A DNA stretch of 64,000 nt from Macrostomum hystrix (Eukaryota; Animalia; Platyhelminthes), in assembly GCA_950097015.1 (NCBI GenBank), contig CATNEN010000026.1, positions 434,001 to 498,000 on the forward strand. Direction: 5' to 3'. Positions 62,295-64,000 of this stretch are shown here, in pieces (positions within the stretch are counted from its first letter, which is position 1; each line of letters begins with the position of its first letter). The notes under the pieces were generated by a model, which did not search any database, was not told where the DNA came from, and worked only from the letters and a program-made list of their open reading frames with translations. Position numbers and translations under genes: made by a program.

Positions 62295-64000
62295 CTGTCA
62301 TCTCATCCAGCAACTCACTGAACTGTCATCCAGCAACTCACTGAACTGTCATCCAGCAACTCACTGAACTGTCATCCAGCAACTCACTGAACTGTCATCC
62401 AGCAACTCACTGAACTGTCATCCAGCAACTCACTGAACTGTCATCCAGCAACTCACTGAACTGAACTGTCATCCAGCAACTCACTGAACTGTCATCCAGC
62501 AACTCACTGAACTGTCATCCAGCAACTCACTGAACTGTCATCTAGCAACTCACTGAACTGTCATCCAGCAACTCACTGAACTGTCATCCAGCAACTCACT
62601 GAACTGTCATCCAGCAACTCACTGAACTGTCATCCAGCAACTCACTGAACTGAACTGTCATCCAGCAACTCACTGAACTGTCATCCAGCAACTCACTGAA
62701 CTGTCATCCAGCAACTCACTGAACTGTCATCCAGCAACTCACTGAACTGTCATCCAGCAACTCACTGAACTGAACTGTCATCCAGCAACTCACTGAACTG
62801 TCATCCAGCAACTCACTGAACTGTCATCCAGCAACTCACTGAACTGTCATCCAGCAACTCACTGAACTGTCATCTAGCAACTCACTGAACTGTCATCCAG
62901 CAACTCACTGAACTGTCATCCAGCAATTCACTGAACTGTCATCCAGCAACTCACTGAACTGTCATCCAGCAACTCACTGAACTGTCATCCAGCAACTCAC
63001 TGAACTGTCATCCAGCAACTCACTGAACTGTCATCCAGCAACTCACTGAACTGTCATCCAGCAACTCACTGAACTGAACTGTCATCCAGCAACTCACTGA
63101 ACTGTCATCCAGCAACTCACTGAACTGTCATCCAGCAACTCACTGAACTGAACTGTCATCCAGCAACTCACTGAACTGTCATCCAGCAACTCACTGAACT
63201 GTCATCCAGCAACTCACTGAACTGTCATCCAGCAACTCACTGAACTGTCATCTAGCAACTCACTGAACTGTCATCCAGCAACTCACTGAACTGTCATCCA
63301 GCAATTCACTGAACTGTCATCCAGCAACTCACTGAACTGTCATCCAGCAACTCACTGAACTGAACTGTCATCCAGCAACTCACTGAACTGTCATCCAGCA
63401 ACTCACTGAACTGTCATCTAGCAACTCACTGAACTGTCATCCAGCAACTCACTGAACTGTCATCCAGCAATTCACTGAACTGAACTGTCATCCAGCAACT
63501 CACTGAACTGTCATCCAGCAACTCACTGAACTGTCATCCAGCAACTCACTGAACTGTCATCCAGCAACTCACTGAACTGTCATCCAGCAACTCACTGAAC
63601 TGTCATCCAGCGACTCACTGAACTGTCATCCAGCGACTCACTGAACTGTCATCCAGCAACTCACTGAACTGTCACCCAGCAACTCACTGAACTGTCATCC
63701 AGCAACTCACTGAACTGTCATCCAGCAACTCACTGAACTGTCATCCAGCAACTCACTGAACTGTCATCCAGCAACTCACTGAACTGTCATCTAGCAACTC
63801 ACTGAACTGTCATCCAGCAACTCACTGAACTGTCATCCAGCAACTCACTGAACTGTCATCCAGCAACTCACTGAACTGTCATCCAGCAACTCACTGAACT
63901 GTCATCCAGCAACTCACTGAACTGTCATCCAGCAATTCACTGAACTGTCATCGAGCAACTCACTGAACTGAACTGTCATCCAGCAACTCACTGAACTGTC
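62295..64000. repeat. 23-bp minisatellite (tcatccagcaactcactgaactg) running off the window end
   Basis: About 72 copies; 28-bp variants arise from an aactg duplication. Confidence 0.97.

Overview
Eukaryotic (metazoan) genomic DNA. GC-rich, Ala/Arg-rich exons with minisatellite-packed introns suggest a flatworm such as Macrostomum (inference from composition only). All recognisable host genes are on the minus strand. A tight co-oriented cluster at 1.6-17.1 kb contains FAM136A (2 exons, probable GC-AG intron), INTS5 (5 exons), CDC7 kinase (3 exons) and a PSMG3/PAC3-like gene. Each has a polypyrimidine/AG acceptor 3-35 nt before its ATG, so this is a candidate SL trans-spliced operon. A frameshifted Crypton-type tyrosine recombinase follows and runs off the window start. 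Further right are a 7-EC protocadherin (49.4-45.9 kb, with a probable terminal exon at 34.2-33.9 kb) and a KLF1/2/4-like zinc-finger gene (60.4-61.9 kb). Mobile DNA: a Mutator-like MITE (195-bp TIRs, 9-bp TSD), a decayed 5'-truncated LINE, a TTAA-flanked piggyBac-like foldback element, and a hAT element (8-bp TSD) carrying a 16-bp minisatellite that recurs elsewhere in the window. About 30 tandem arrays (10-45 bp units) account for all the long repetitive ORFs in the track. No rRNA, intact tRNA or CRISPR array was seen.
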